Source of the DNA: Octopus sinensis
Lineage: Eukaryota
Length of the DNA: 64,000 nucleotides
Assembly (NCBI RefSeq): GCF_006345805.1
Contig: NC_043009.1
Span: 19,034,001-19,098,000, forward strand
Reading direction: 5' to 3'
Below are positions 1 through 13,304 of this stretch, piece after piece (position 1 is the stretch's first letter; the number at the start of each line of letters is the position of its first letter). A model generated the notes under the pieces. That model was not told the origin of the DNA. It did not search any database and worked only from the letters and a program-made list of their open reading frames with translations. A program made the translations under genes and the position numbers.

Positions 1-1190
1 GTGATCTTGGCATAGTTGGAGAATTGGGAGAATGGCTTCATGACTTTCTGAAGGATAGAAGTCAGGTGGTAGTAGCCAATGGGGCCACCTCCAATAACAG
101 GCAAATAGTGAGCGGTGTTCCGCAAGGCACTGTTCTGGGACCACTACTGTTCATAATGGCCCTCTCAGACATGCCCTCAGCCACCCAGAGAGCCACGATC
201 ACAAGTTATGCAGATGATACAAAAGTTTCACAGATAATACAGAACCCTGAAGACACTATGCACCTGCAATGTGAGCTGGACAAAATATACAAGTGTGCTG
301 AAAAGAATAGCATGCAGTTCAATGCTGAAAAGTTTCAAGCTTTATGCTATTAGCATGCAAAATTAAATGCAATACCCAATAAATACACGGGACCCGGAGG
401 GATTGCAATCCCAGAGGCACAATCAGTGCGAGACCTGGGTATTTACATGAGTGATGATGCAACCTTTCATATGCATGTTGCTAAATTGGCAATGAAATGT
501 AGGCGGCTGACCGGATGGATTCTTAGAACCTTTAGAACAAGAGACCAGGAAACCATGATGGTCCTCTGGAGGACACTTGTCCTAAGCCACTTTGACTATT
601 GCTCTCAGCTATGGTCACCATCCAGTGTCAAGTTAATCACAGAAATTGAGGCGATCCAACGAAGCTACACGAAGAAGATAGCCTCTGTGCAGCATATATG
701 CTACTAGGAAAGACTCAAGAGATTAAGACTATATTCCTTAGAGCGTAGGCGAGAAAGATATGCCATAATATACATCTGGAAGATCCTAGAAGGACTTGTC
801 CCAAACTTTGGTATCGAGAGTTACACAAATGCTAGAACTGGGCGCCACTGCAAGGACTCCAAATTTGCCATCAAGATGTAGGACAAGATACTGTGATAGC
901 CTGGGCTTCAGAGGCCCACAGCTCTTCGATATCCTCCCGAAGAACCTGAGAGACCTGCATGGGGTGGACGCATATGTCTTTAAATAAAATAAAACTGGTT
1001 CTCTTCCTGTCAAGTGTCCCAGATGAACCAACTTCACGGCAAGAGGTGCAGATGAGAGCAGCTGCATCGAACTCTCATGCACCAAATGGCAATTGATAAA
1101 AAGCATTCGTGAAGTAAAATTATGTAGCAACACCAAATGACGGTGCGTGCCCCTGCATGGCCACAGCTCGTGAGCTGAAACTAGATAAAA
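1..1190 (+). mobile_element. 3' part of a decayed CR1/L2-group (Crack/Daphne-like) LINE: RT C-terminal half and 3' UTR
   Basis: GVPQGTVLGPLLF and YADDTK RT motifs (ORF 24-353), continued by MRDLGIYMS...LSHFDYCSQLWSP (426-707); in-frame stops; ends in a (TAAAA)n tail near 1186-1215. Confidence 0.85.
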
Positions 1191-1230
1191 TAAAAATAAA
1201 ATAAAATAAAATAATATATATATATATATA

Positions 1231-2530
<1,300 letters not shown>

Positions 2531-2824
2531 TATATATATATATAAGTTAATTGCATTGCAATTAAAACACTTGTGTATTAAGAATTTGGGTATTATACCA
2601 ACAGTATAGTGGATAAATATTATCCCTTAGTGGGTTGGATCCATAACCCGTAACTTACTTGGTGTTATAAAATTAATTATATGACGAATATCCATTGCTA
2701 ATACTTGTATATGTATGAATTATCTATGCAATATTTGGAATATTGCCAGTATAAGTGAATACATTTAAGTATAGTATAATAATCCCTCAAAATGAATACT
2801 GTTGGAAAAATGGAGATAATACGG

Positions 2825-3140
2825 ATGGATTCATTGCTAAAGGATATACCCATACCAACTAAGGACAATTACATCAAAGAATTAATATTTAGGATTAACG
2901 AATTTATCCATAGAATCCGATGGAAATCTATACCCATGAAAAGAATCTCACCAAATTAAGCTATGAAGCTAAAAATGACCACAACTAAGCGAGAATCAGA
3001 AGTAACTATGAGAAAATAATGGAAATTACTAAGAATACATTTAAATCCAGAAAGGCACCACCACCATACTTGGACTACTTCGAACAAGATCTATGGAGTA
3101 CCATAAAAAATATCAAATTCAAGAATCATCCACAAGAGTG
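2825..3140 (+). pseudogene. N-terminal remnant of a Penelope-like RT ORF
   Basis: MDSLLKDIPIPTKDNYIKELIFRINEFIHRIRWK, then after a frameshift KNTFKSRKAPPPYLDYFEQDLWSTIKNIKFK; resembles the pre-RT region of PLE ORFs. Confidence 0.6.
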
Positions 3141-3400
3141 ATTTTAATGATTTCAATAATTTATATTATGATTTTTATATTTGTATTCTCATCTTATATG
3201 TATTGAATTATAATGTATATATGTATGTTATTAAGGTTCTCATTTTTGTTAAATAAATAAATAAGTCAACACTATAATATCCTAAAGCTGATGAACCAAC
3301 TAAATTGTTTCTCCATTTTCTTATTTGTATTATATATATATAAATCCTTATAATCCTTAAAAATGTTTTAGCCCGAAGGCCGCCGCCGTGTGTATGTATG

Positions 3401-3517
<117 letters not shown>

Positions 3518-3525
3518 TAAAGATA

Positions 3526-3700
3526 ATTTAAGGTATCTAAGAGATACTACCACCCTGGAAATAGCAGCCAAAACTTGACTCTAAAAACCACATTAAATGT
3601 TCATACAGCACTAGTGGTGTATGAATATTTATTGTGGTTTTAGATTCAATTTTCGGCTGCTATTTCCAGCGTGGTGGTATCTCTTAGATACCCTAAATTA
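3526..3700. repeat. ~175-bp imperfect fold-back palindrome
   Basis: TAATTTAAGGTATCTAAGAGATAC...GGAAATAGCAGCC pairs with GGCTGCTATTTCC...GTATCTCTTAGATACCCTAAATTA. Confidence 0.85.
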
Positions 3701-4127
3701 TAATTTTGATAATAATTACCTTTGAAGGTTTTTATCCCCATGCTGGCCACTTGATAAGATCGATATTTAAATTAATGATCTTATTTATATAAATTTATAT
3801 ATAAATATATAAATGTGTGTTTATATATATATATATATATAATTTCAACAATTGAGGGCAAAATTAATTAATTATTAATCAATTTCACCAAGTGTTCAGT
3901 ATGCAAAGGGACCATTCAAGGCGAATTCAAATTATTACATTATATAAAAGGGCTTAGTAAAATAAATTACTTTGCCGCATACTGAACTCATTAGAAATAG
4001 CAGCTAAAAACTTTTTTAAAGCTATTTCTAATACTTAAAGAAAATCTCTCTCATATATAGTGTTTGCTTAATTCAACTCACAAAAGTTTGGGGTAAGGAC
4101 ATCGAAAAATCAAATGCTAAGGTTATT

Positions 4128-4181
4128 TGAGAACGTACGTTTCAAGATTAGTCAAAAAACAACACTTCTATCATCAGCTCA
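4128..4181 (-). ncRNA. Type I hammerhead ribozyme (inverted unit)
   Basis: Reverse complement of 4799-4852. Confidence 0.7.
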
Positions 4182-4798
4182 GAAATTCCTTGGTTTGGAT
4201 TTGGAAACACTGAAAATAAGAACATACCCTTTCGAAGATTTGCTCGTAACTAACAGTGTCAACAAATTCAAATAAGCAAGCGAAGAATCTCTGTTCTCCC
4301 CTTTCCACCAGCGTGGGTTAAAAACATCAAACACTATGCTTATTTCGGTAAAATCCGAAGCATTAATCAGAGGGAGATTAATTATAATTTCAACAATTGA
4401 GGGCAAAATTAATTAATTATTAATCAATTTCACCAAGTGTTCAGTATGCAAAGGGACCATTCAAGTAATTTATTTTACTAAGCCCTTTTATATAATGTAA
4501 TAATTTGAATTCGCCTTGAATGGTCCCTTTGCATACTGAACACTTGGTGAAATTGATTAATAATTAATTAATTTTGCCCTCAATTGTTGAAATTATAATT
4601 AATCTCCCTCTGATTAATGCTTCGGATTTTACCGAAATAAGCATAGTGTTTGATGTTTTTAACCCACGCTGGTGGAAAGGGGAGAACAGAGATTCTTCGC
4701 TTGCTTATTTGAATTTGTTGACACTGTTAGTTACGAGCAAATCTTCGAAAGGGTATGTTCTTATTTTCAGTGTTTCCAAATCCAAACCAAGGAATTTC

Positions 4799-4852
4799 TG
4801 AGCTGATGATAGAAGTGTTGTTTTTTGACTAATCTTGAAACGTACGTTCTCA
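4799..4852 (+). ncRNA. Type I hammerhead ribozyme
   Basis: UGAG-CUGAUGA-U-AGA/AGU...ACU/UCU-U-GAA-ACG-UA-CGU-U-CUCA: stem I UGAG/CUCA, palindromic stem III ACGUACGU, GUU cleavage triplet (cut after 4848). Confidence 0.7.
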
Positions 4853-5344
4853 AATAACCTTAGCATTTGATTTTTCGATGTCCTTACCCCCAAACTTTTG
4901 TGAGTTGAATTAAGCAAACACTATATATGAGAGAGATTTTCTTTAAGTATTAGAAATAGCTTTAAAAAAGTTTTTAACTGCTATTTCTAATGAGTTCAGT
5001 ATGCGGCAAAGTAATTTATTTTACTAAGCCCTTTTATATAATGTAATAATTTGAATTCACCTTGAATGGTCCCTTTGCATACTGAACACTTGGTGAAATT
5101 GATTAATAATTAATTAATTTTGCCCTCAATTGTTGAAATTATAATTAATCTCCCTCTGATTAATGCTTCGGATTTTACCGAAATAAGCATAGTGTTTGAT
5201 GTTTTTAACCCACGCTGGTGGAAAGGGGAGAACAGAGATTCTTCGCTTGCTTATTTGAATTTGTTGACACTGTTAGTTACGAGCAAATCTTCGAAAGGGT
5301 ATGTTCTTATTTTCAGTGTTTCCAAATCCAAACCAAGGAATTTC

Positions 5345-5398
5345 TGAGCTGATGATAGAAGTGTTGTTTTTTGACTAATCTTGAAACGTACGTTCTCA
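5345..5398 (+). ncRNA. Type I hammerhead ribozyme (second tandem unit)
   Basis: Identical to 4799-4852, 546 nt downstream. Confidence 0.7.
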
Positions 5399-5595
5399 AA
5401 TAACCTTAGCATTTGATTTTTCGATGTCCTTACCCCCAAACTTTTGTGAGTTGAATTAAGCAAACACTATATATGAGAGAGATTTTCTTTAAGTATTAGA
5501 AATAGCTTTAAAAAAGTTTTTAGCTGCTATTTCTAATGAGTTCAGTATGCGGCAAAGTAATTTATGTTACTAAGCCCTTTTATATATAATATATA

Positions 5596-5648
<53 letters not shown>

Positions 5649-5978
5649 TACACAAAATGAGATAACAATGTCAATGCTGTGAGAAGATTTCTGGACATTT
5701 ATAAGGTGAGATATAGACATAGTCTGAGGACTCGTTTTCTCTAATATATATATAAAGATGAATTAAATAGAGAGATACTATTGACATCCAATAATATATT
5801 TTTTATTATATTATAATATTACAATATTTCATAATATACTATGAATATAATATAACATAATATTATATAACATAGATAATTATTAAAAAAAACAAGAAGG
5901 CCAATAAATTGTTTCGACTTATATAAAAAAAATTCTGATATATATATCATGACTTTTGAGTAGATATGTGTGCGACAT

Positions 5979-6058
5979 GCATGTATGTATGTATGTATGT
6001 ATGTATGTATGTATGTATGTATGTATGTATGTATGTATGTATGTATGTATGTATGTAT
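5979..6058. repeat. (ATGT)n microsatellite
   Basis: Direct reading. Confidence 0.95.
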
Positions 6059-6789
6059 TTAGGAGTTTAGCGGAGAGACTCGTATTGATATAAACATAAA
6101 GTGGGGTTGTGTTTATGCGTTTTTTTTAGTTAAGTGTGTATGTGTGCATATGTGGAAGTTTTATGACGTGGGATAGTGTGGTCGTGGGTGATATGTATGT
6201 GTAATAATTCTGTCTGATAAGAAAGTCTGGGAGTGAGGATGTAGTAGCGGGAGCCAACGTGTGGTAAAATGGAAGTGGGGAGAAATATAGAGGTTTTGGC
6301 AGAAGCCTCTGCTTGGTTATGTGTAAGAGATGTTGTTAGATAAGTGAGAGAGGAAATAAGAAAAATGTCCGTATAATATGAGTATAAAAAGGAAAGTATT
6401 TCTTTGTTTCTGTGAGAGAAGTAAATTTAATAGGGCATGTATTTTTCCAAAATTCTGTTCATTATGTCCAGACTGTAATTGTTACTAGACTTCTTACTTC
6501 AATGGCTTTGTTCATATTTTTGCATTCTTTTCTCGTAAACATTCATTTTGCAATATTCGTTTATTCCAAACTGCCACCTACGCTATTTCTGGTTGCTTCA
6601 TTTGTTCATTGGGAAACACAAAGAAAAACATTTAAACCCATAGAAAGCAACATATGTGCACAGATAAAATATAAAACGAACCATGAAACGGAAACTGGTT
6701 GATACACATGCATATATACATACATACATACACATACATACATACATACATACATACATACATACATACATACATACATACATACATAC

Positions 6790-6890
6790 AAACGAAAATA
6801 CTCTGTTGCTAATGTCGAAATTCCAATGAAACCAGCTCTTTCTCTATTGGTAAGAAATCTTGAAATAAAACTGAACAATATACGTACATA
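6790..6890 (+). repeat. Short 3'-tail fragment of an interspersed repeat attached to (TACA)n
   Basis: GAAATTCCAATGAA...CTCTATTGGTAAGAAATCTTGAAATAAAACTGAA recurs at 7728-7830. Confidence 0.6.
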
Positions 6891-6909
6891 CGTACATATC
6901 AACCAAATA

Positions 6910-7620
6910 CCTGATGCTAAAAAGGGACAGAGACGCAGGAAAAGCAGTAAAATGTGATAACCGATGCAGACTTTGTGGAGTTAACACCGAAGATATCTCC
7001 CATAAGCAGTTGTCCAAAAATGTCATCACAGTATTATCTCCCGATGAGACATGATGTAGTCAGAACAATATATATTGAGATTACTTGGAAGGATAACCCC
7101 GATGCCAAAGAAATAAGAACCTACAGTATGGTAGAAGCATAGCCACTCATAATCAAAAGGAGTACTAGTGGAATGTCTCAGTGAAAACCTCAGTAAAATG
7201 TAAATACAATAGACCTGGCAGTAATTTGTGATAGAGAAAAACTGTTGTGGAAATCAGCTGCCCAGCAGATGTTGGCATAAAGCCAAAGATCAGGGAAAAA
7301 GAAAATAACTATTCAGAAGTCTACAGCTTCTCTATCCAGATTACAAGTTCAGGTTTATACCTGTAATTATTGGGACACTGAGGTAACACACTGCCAATCT
7401 TGAGAAATACCAATCTTGAGAAATTAGGAGAAAGCTGATTCGAAGACTACAATTCCAAGCCATCACTGGAACTGTAAAAATCTGTAAAATTTTCCACAAG
7501 TTTATCATTTAAGAATATATAAGCATGTTTAGACATGAAACTATATGCATGAGAACGCATACATAAAACAAAACATAAAAATCTGCATATATACATGCAC
7601 AAATAATACACACACATATG
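6910..7620 (+). mobile_element. R4/Dong-clade non-LTR element, 3' part (zinc knuckle, restriction-like endonuclease) ending in (TACA)n
   Basis: CDNRCRLCG...RHDVV (CCHC region), RPGSNL..REKLLWKSAAQ/EISCPADV remnants; 3' UTR similar to 37850-38040. Confidence 0.75.
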
Positions 7621-7698
7621 CATGCATACATACATACATACATACATACATGCATGCATACATACATACATACATACATACATACATACATACATACA

Positions 7699-7727
<29 letters not shown>

Positions 7728-7729
<2 letters not shown>

Positions 7730-7830
7730 CCTGTTGATGTTGATATTCCAATGAAGGAGCCTTGGATCTAGGTTAAAAAGCGGCTTTTCTCTAACGGCAA
7801 GAAATCTTGAATAAAACTGAATATGACATA
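7728..7830 (+). repeat. Second copy of the (TACA)-associated tail fragment
   Basis: Similar to 6790-6890. Confidence 0.6.
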
Positions 7831-7838
7831 CATGCATA

Positions 7839-9099
7839 TTAGGTTGGCAACTACGTTCCCGTCGTTTTTTTTAATTTAAAATTGTTTTAAAGTTTAATAA
7901 AAATAACAACTAATTAATCAATAATGTATTCACCCTTGTTGTTTACAACTTCTTCCCAACGTTTAACAAGATTTTCAATACTTCGTTGGTAGAAATCACC
8001 CGATATCGACTCGAAAAATTGGTCTAACCAAGGTCTCAATTCTGCATCAGTATTGAACAAAACTCTGTGCCTAGCATTTGCAACAGGTCGAAAGAGGTGG
8101 AAACCCGTTGGTGCCAAATCAGAAGAGTACGGTGAGTGTGGCAGCACTTCCTGGTCATGCGTTTGAATGGCTTCCTTGGTCATATTGGCGATATGAGGGC
8201 GGGCGTTGTCTTGCAGCAGAAGAACTCCATGCTGACGATTAGGTCTTTTCTCTTGAATAGACGTGTTAAGTCGTTCCATCTTTTGAACATAGAGTTCCAC
8301 GTTGACCGTTTGGTTCCGTTCAAGCAATTCGTAATGAATAATCCCACCATACGCACAACATCATTTTACGCGGATGAAGATCTTGTTTCACGCGCAGTGT
8401 TGCTTGTTTACCAGGGCTAAGCTATTCCTTACGCTGCTTCATATTGATGTACAGGCACCATGTTTCGTCGGCAGTAACGATTCGGTAAAGAAATCGTTGC
8501 TTGTGTCCATGAGTTGAGCGGTGACGAGCAAGCAAACCAGCGGAGAATGTGGCTGGATGATTTTTGTTGTTGTTACTTAAAGCATGCAGAACCCATGCCC
8601 CATACTTCTAAACCTTTTCCATCGAGAGAAGATGCTTCTCTATAGCAGTGTGGGAGCTTTCCATTTTCTCTGCCAGTTGCCTTGTCGTTTGACGAGAATT
8701 TTCGTGCAAAATCTGGTTTAAACGCTCTTCATCGAACTCAACTGGATGGCCAGAACGAGGGGCATCTTTGAGGTCAAAATTTCCATTTTTAAACTCTGCA
8801 TACCCATCACGAGCGGTTCTTTCAGCTATGGCACCCTCTCCATACACAGCACAAATGTTGTGAGCAGCTTTTGCGGCCTTAGAACTTTAATTAAAAGCAA
8901 AAAGAAGGAGGTGTCGAAAATGCTCGTTTTTCTTAACTTTTAATGATCTGAAAATAAACAAAAATTAACTAAAATTAGCTAGAAAAGAAAAACAAAATAG
9001 ATTCCAAAATGATTCAAAAATAGAAAAATTGATTCCGAAATTTAAAAGTGCAATAAATTCCAAAATTTAAGAAACGGCGGGAACTAAGTTGCCAACCAA
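7839..9099 (-). mobile_element. Near full-length, non-functional mariner (D,D34D) transposon, 1261 bp
   Basis: Imperfect ~28-bp TIRs (TTAGGTTGGCAACTACGTTCCCGTCGTTT / AAACGGCGGGAACTAAGTTGCCAACCAA) flanked by TA; motifs WVLHAL, IVTADETW, LLQDNARPH, HSPYSSDLAPTG (third Asp replaced by Gly); frameshifts. Confidence 0.9.
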
Positions 9100-9189
9100 T
9101 ACATACATGCACGCATACATACATACATACATACATACATACATACATACATACATACATACATACATACATACATACATACATACAAA

Positions 9190-9660
9190 AATAGTACATT
9201 GGGAGTGAAAAATCCAACGTTTCGGATTGCGTCCTTCCTCAGGAAACAGATGACAGGAGAGAAAATAATGTAAGACAGCAAAATTTTACATCCACTTCGT
9301 AAAAACAAAATATATGAAACTTATACGGAACGCAGGAAGTGGTAAGAGAGAGAAAATAGTGAGGGAGGTAGAAGGAAAGAGGAATAGAATGAAGGTGAGA
9401 AGCAAGAGAGGTCAAAAGTAAAGAGAAGGGAAAAGATGGGTTGAGAGGGGAGTAGAAAAAAAATCACTAATTTAAATCTGTTGGTGGCATGATATCAAGT
9501 TCGAATATGAAATGCTGTTCTTTCTACTTCTTTTAAAATGTGGATCTATAGTATGCTGAGATGCTGGACACTGATAAGTGAATGATGGGAAGGTCATGTA
9601 GTATTCAAGTGGGCGGTTACAGGTTGGCCTAGCATACATGTTTCCGGAAAGCGATCGTCA
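9190..9660 (-). mobile_element. 3' end of a Penelope-like element (GIY-YIG C-terminus and purine-rich 3' UTR/pLTR)
   Basis: EQHFIFELDIMPPTDLN* parallels EHGIIFSLRSFVPHGLN at 39048-39150; minimal hammerhead in the UTR. Confidence 0.6.
9213..9245 (-). ncRNA. Minimal PLE-type hammerhead motif
   Basis: UUC-CUGAGGA-A-GGA-CGCAA-UCC-GAA-ACGU-U-GGA; loop-less palindromic stem III (ACGU). Confidence 0.5.
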
Positions 9661-11121
9661 AGAGGTCGGCCTGTTTCCCAAACGCAAAAAAGCGCCACAA
9701 AGTTTTTATATGATACATATATATATGGGTGAAATACAACAGAAGTTCTGTTTCATTGTATAATGCTACATTTGAACGTTTCTTTAATATGTATATATAA
9801 CATTATGTTGTTAAAAAAATGTCGCCTTCCCCTTTCCTTACCGACTTCCACGTCATTTGAAGCGGGGACGTCTTCTAGATGTGCAGCAAGCCTGGATCAC
9901 TTTCGCTACATTTGTGGAGAGTTTATGACTAAGAAACGTCAGAGAAACATCACCGAATTTGTCAGGATATCTTTCTGTGCCTAATTTGGAGTGAAATTAA
10001 GAGTAAAGAAGTGGATTCTTCATAAGGCCTGCTCAATTTGTGTTGAAGAACTAAACCACTGCATAAAATGCCAAAAGAAGTCCTCGTTTTAGAGGTTCAA
10101 TAATATGGAGGGAGCCTAAATATCAATGATGACTACTACTTTTGCTCGTGTAAGGTGTAGGAACATCATTGGAAAAGTGAGAAAAACTTTGTTTATCCAA
10201 ATCTCCAATCAACACTGTGATCTGGTGTCCATGGACAAGACGTTTCAGGCCCATTAACACCAGGAAACATTGAAGACATCACACGCGTTGATGATGAAAC
10301 CTTCAATAGTAGATTTGCCACAGGATAGAGAGAGCTTCATGTATTGGCGTAGCAAGTTTTCTCCTCTATCAGACGCCAAGGGTGACGAGGGTGTATATGT
10401 AGGACCAGATATAAGGAAACTTTTTAAGAATGAAAATTTTGAAAACTCTCTTAGTGATCCTGAAAAAGATGCATGGATTAATTTTAAAGATGTAACGAAA
10501 ATCTTGGGTAATCACAAGAATCCAAACTACAAAGACATAGTGGGAAGAATGCTGGAAAAGTTTGAGGCCTTAGGATGTAAAATAAGTATTAAAGTAAATT
10601 TCCTACATGCCCATTTGGACTTCTTTCCGGAAAATCTGAGAAATGTGCATGAGGAGCAGAGGAAATGCTTTCATTAAGACATGAAGGAGATGAAAAGATG
10701 TGAGGGAAAATGAATACTAATATGGTGGCTGACTACTACTGGATGAAGCATCGTGATCGAGGGATCAAATGCTCACAAACAAAGGAGTTCCAGGCATAGT
10801 TCCCAAGATTTTGAGGTGAAGAATCCAAAATAAAAAAAAAATGAATGGAACCCTTGTAAAAATCTATTTTCTCACCTTTCAATTGCATTTCTGTCATTTT
10901 ATTTTGCAAAAAAAAAGTACTAAATTCATTGTTATTAGTTTCATTTTGTGCTGCCATCTGTAGATTTACCTAAATTAAGTTATATTTTATGATTGAACTG
11001 TGAGAAAACATTAGGTGACAGGAAAAAGCTTTTTCGGTATTGCGAATTAGTATCACAAAAATATATAAAGTAACACAATTATCAAAATAGTTTTCAAAAA
11101 TTTCCATTTCGCAGACCTATG
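9660..11121 (+). mobile_element. Decayed Chapaev3-like (CMC superfamily) DNA transposon
   Basis: FRYICGEF..NITEFV, IIWREPK..DDYYFC, LSDAK..EGVYVGPDIRKL, KVNFLHAHLDFFPENL...FH; 3' terminus GCAGACCTATG followed by TAA; left terminus degenerate; family named from memory of these motifs. Confidence 0.6.
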
Positions 11122-11892
11122 TAATCTTTATACCCAATGTACACACACACACACACACGCATCTACATGCACTTGCATACGTACATGCATACTCACACAT
11201 TTGCATACCCGTACGTACACAACTACATAGCCACATCAGCGTATATACTAGTACCCATATCAGAATATTCAGTCTTAATTGTCGTTTTTAGCCTTGTACT
11301 GAGGGGCTGCCGGCGTGAATGTATTGTTTTAGATGTAGGCATGGATTGGAGAGAAAAATATAGGAAAATCCATTTTGCGGAGGGTGCTAGAAAAATATTG
11401 GATCCAGGAAGTGTCATTCTTCCTTGCCAGTTGATGAGGAAATTTTACAATAGGGTAGAGTAAATTTATTGCTGTTGGGACACTCGTTTCTAGTGTTTAC
11501 TCAGTTTTCTGAGTACTTAACTCTGAATAAAATACATGTTCTTTCTGTTGAATAAAGACAGCATTTTCTTGCACACCAGATAGATGATCTCTGACATGTT
11601 AGGATCTTTACACGTACTGCAAATGCATTGTGGGATGTCATCAAGGATAAGTATGGATGTATATATATATTTTCTGCTCTATTTTAAGAATTACTCAACA
11701 ATACCGAAAATACCAGTCTCTAAACCAGAATCAAGACTCTTCTAGAATTCATATATCACATTTCTTTTCCTAAAAGTAATGAAAGTATCATTCTGAGGAA
11801 GAAATCTTAGCGGTTCACCAATAGCGTTGTTTTAGAATAGTGAATCTTGAACTTTACATGTTATAGTGTGTCAATATTCTTTCTCTTGATAG

Positions 11893-11975
11893 GGATTATA
11901 ATGCTTGTCTGCTGAATAAAAACGAAGGTGCATGCACGACTACGGAACGAGATACACTGATGCCAACTAACTGCC
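11893..11975 (+). CDS. Exon B1 (83 nt, phase 2 to 1) of an unidentified Cys-rich modular protein gene: DYNACLLNKNEGACTTTERDTLMPTNC
   Basis: Acceptor ttctttctcttgatAG, donor C|GTAAGT; open only in the frame that continues into the next exon. Confidence 0.75.
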
Positions 11976-12069
11976 GTAAGTACCTATTCTTACCAAGTTC
12001 TGTTTATCACAATTGATTTGTAATTCTTATTGATCCAATCCTTTCATTTTCTTAAAGACAGCTATATAA

Positions 12070-12530
12070 GCGCAGGCGTGGATGTGCGGTTGGCTGTATG
12101 GTAAGAAGCTTGTTTTACAACCATATGATTCCGGGTTCAGTCCCACTGCATGGCACTTTGGACAAGTGTCTCCTACTATAACCACGGATCAACCAAAGCC
12201 TTGTAAAAGGATTTGGTAGACGGAAACTGAAAGAAGCCTGTCGTATATATATGTGTGTATGTATATATGTATGTGTATATATTTATGTGTGTGTATCTTT
12301 GTTTCTGTCTTTGTCCCTTCACCATCGCTTGACAACCGATGTTGGTGTGTTTACATCCCCGTAAGTTAGCAGTTCGGCAAAAGAGACCGATGGAATAATT
12401 ATTCTTTGTAAGCCTAGAGGCTTACAAAGAATAAAGTACTGGGGTCGATTTCTTCGACTAAAAACCCTTTAAGGTGGTTCTCCAGCATGGCCGCAATCAA
12501 ATGACTGAAACACGAATTGAAGAATAAAAT
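12070..12530 (+). mobile_element. tRNA-derived SINE, family A (full length, internal microsatellite)
   Basis: A-box-like TGGCTGTATGGTAAG, B-box GGTTCAGTCCC; further copies at 14556, 44152, 52703, 54222, 56244, 61815. Confidence 0.9.
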
Positions 12531-12804
12531 GAAAAAATAAAACAATATGATTCAACATATACTATATAATTCTATGTTCTACCCATAATTCTGTCCTTGT
12601 GATTTAAGATCGTAATACTTGTCGGTGCGTTGGTATTTCAAAAAACGGCGAAAAGTATTTTATTCTCTTCTGATCTACTGTTGTTAGTATTTGTATTGTA
12701 AGTCTGTATATATGTTATCATACAGTTATTATTATACTATGAGCCTTCCATAGTAGCTTTCTCTCCTTCACTTACAAAGCATTTCTGCTTTATTTACAAA
12801 TATT

Positions 12805-13140
12805 CTGGGGGAGGGCAGTCGATTAAATCGACCCCAGTACGCAACTGGTACTTAATTTATCGACCCCAAAAGAATGAAAGCAAAGTCGAACGCGGCGGAA
12901 TTTGAACTCAGAAAGTAAAGACAGACGAAATATCTATTTCTTTACTACCCACAAGGGGCTAAACACAGAGGAGGCAAACAAGACAGACAGACGGATTAAG
13001 TCGATTATATCAACCCCAGTGCGTAACTGGTATTTAATTTATCGACCCCGAAAGGATGAAAGGCAAAGTCGACCTCGGCGAAATTTGAACTCAGAACGTA
13101 ACTGCAGACGAAATACCTCTAAGCATTTCGCCCGGTGTAG
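12805..13140 (-). mobile_element. Two abutting tRNA-derived SINE family B fragments
   Basis: GAGTTCAAATT B-box, GGGGTCGATAAATTAAGTACCAGTT core; copies at 32306, 35038, 44753, 48918. Confidence 0.88.
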
Positions 13141-13304
13141 TATAAAACAGTTCAAGAATATATTCATTAAATTTGGCTGAAAATGACGGATGAGCGTTTG
13201 GCTCAATTGGAATCGCAAAGGAGCTGTGTTAGCATTGATTTGTGGATTCGATTCTGGATAAGGTTAGCTCATCCTTTTTCGGTCATTTGTATTTAAAAAT
13301 TGTC

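Larger units (their letters stand above)
3838..5590. mobile_element. 546-bp tandem array, ~2.05 units in one orientation (4466-5590) plus ~1.15 inverted units (3838-4465); PLE-pLTR/retrozyme-like
   Basis: Identical 75-codon ORFs at 4574 and 5120 (offset 546) and inverted at 4179-4406; unit starts at 4466, 5012, 5558; both ends abut (TA)n; one hammerhead per full unit. Confidence 0.85.

Noticed and set aside
3288-3294. Isolated CTGATGA (also CTGAAGA at ~33546, CTGACGA at ~31190)
   Set aside because: No downstream stem II plus GAAA; chance heptamers
4705-4917. 70-75 aa ORFs repeated in the 546-bp unit
   Set aside because: Identical only because the unit is duplicated; overlapping ORFs on both strands; no recognisable motif
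11270-11429. Possible signal peptide plus A-type exon (VLIVVFSLVLRG-CRREC...PC, phase 2) upstream of B1
   Set aside because: Donor would be the weak GTTGAT, no clear start or acceptor, Cys spacing much longer than in other A exons, and the minus strand resembles PLE debris; worth a look only if 5' RACE points here
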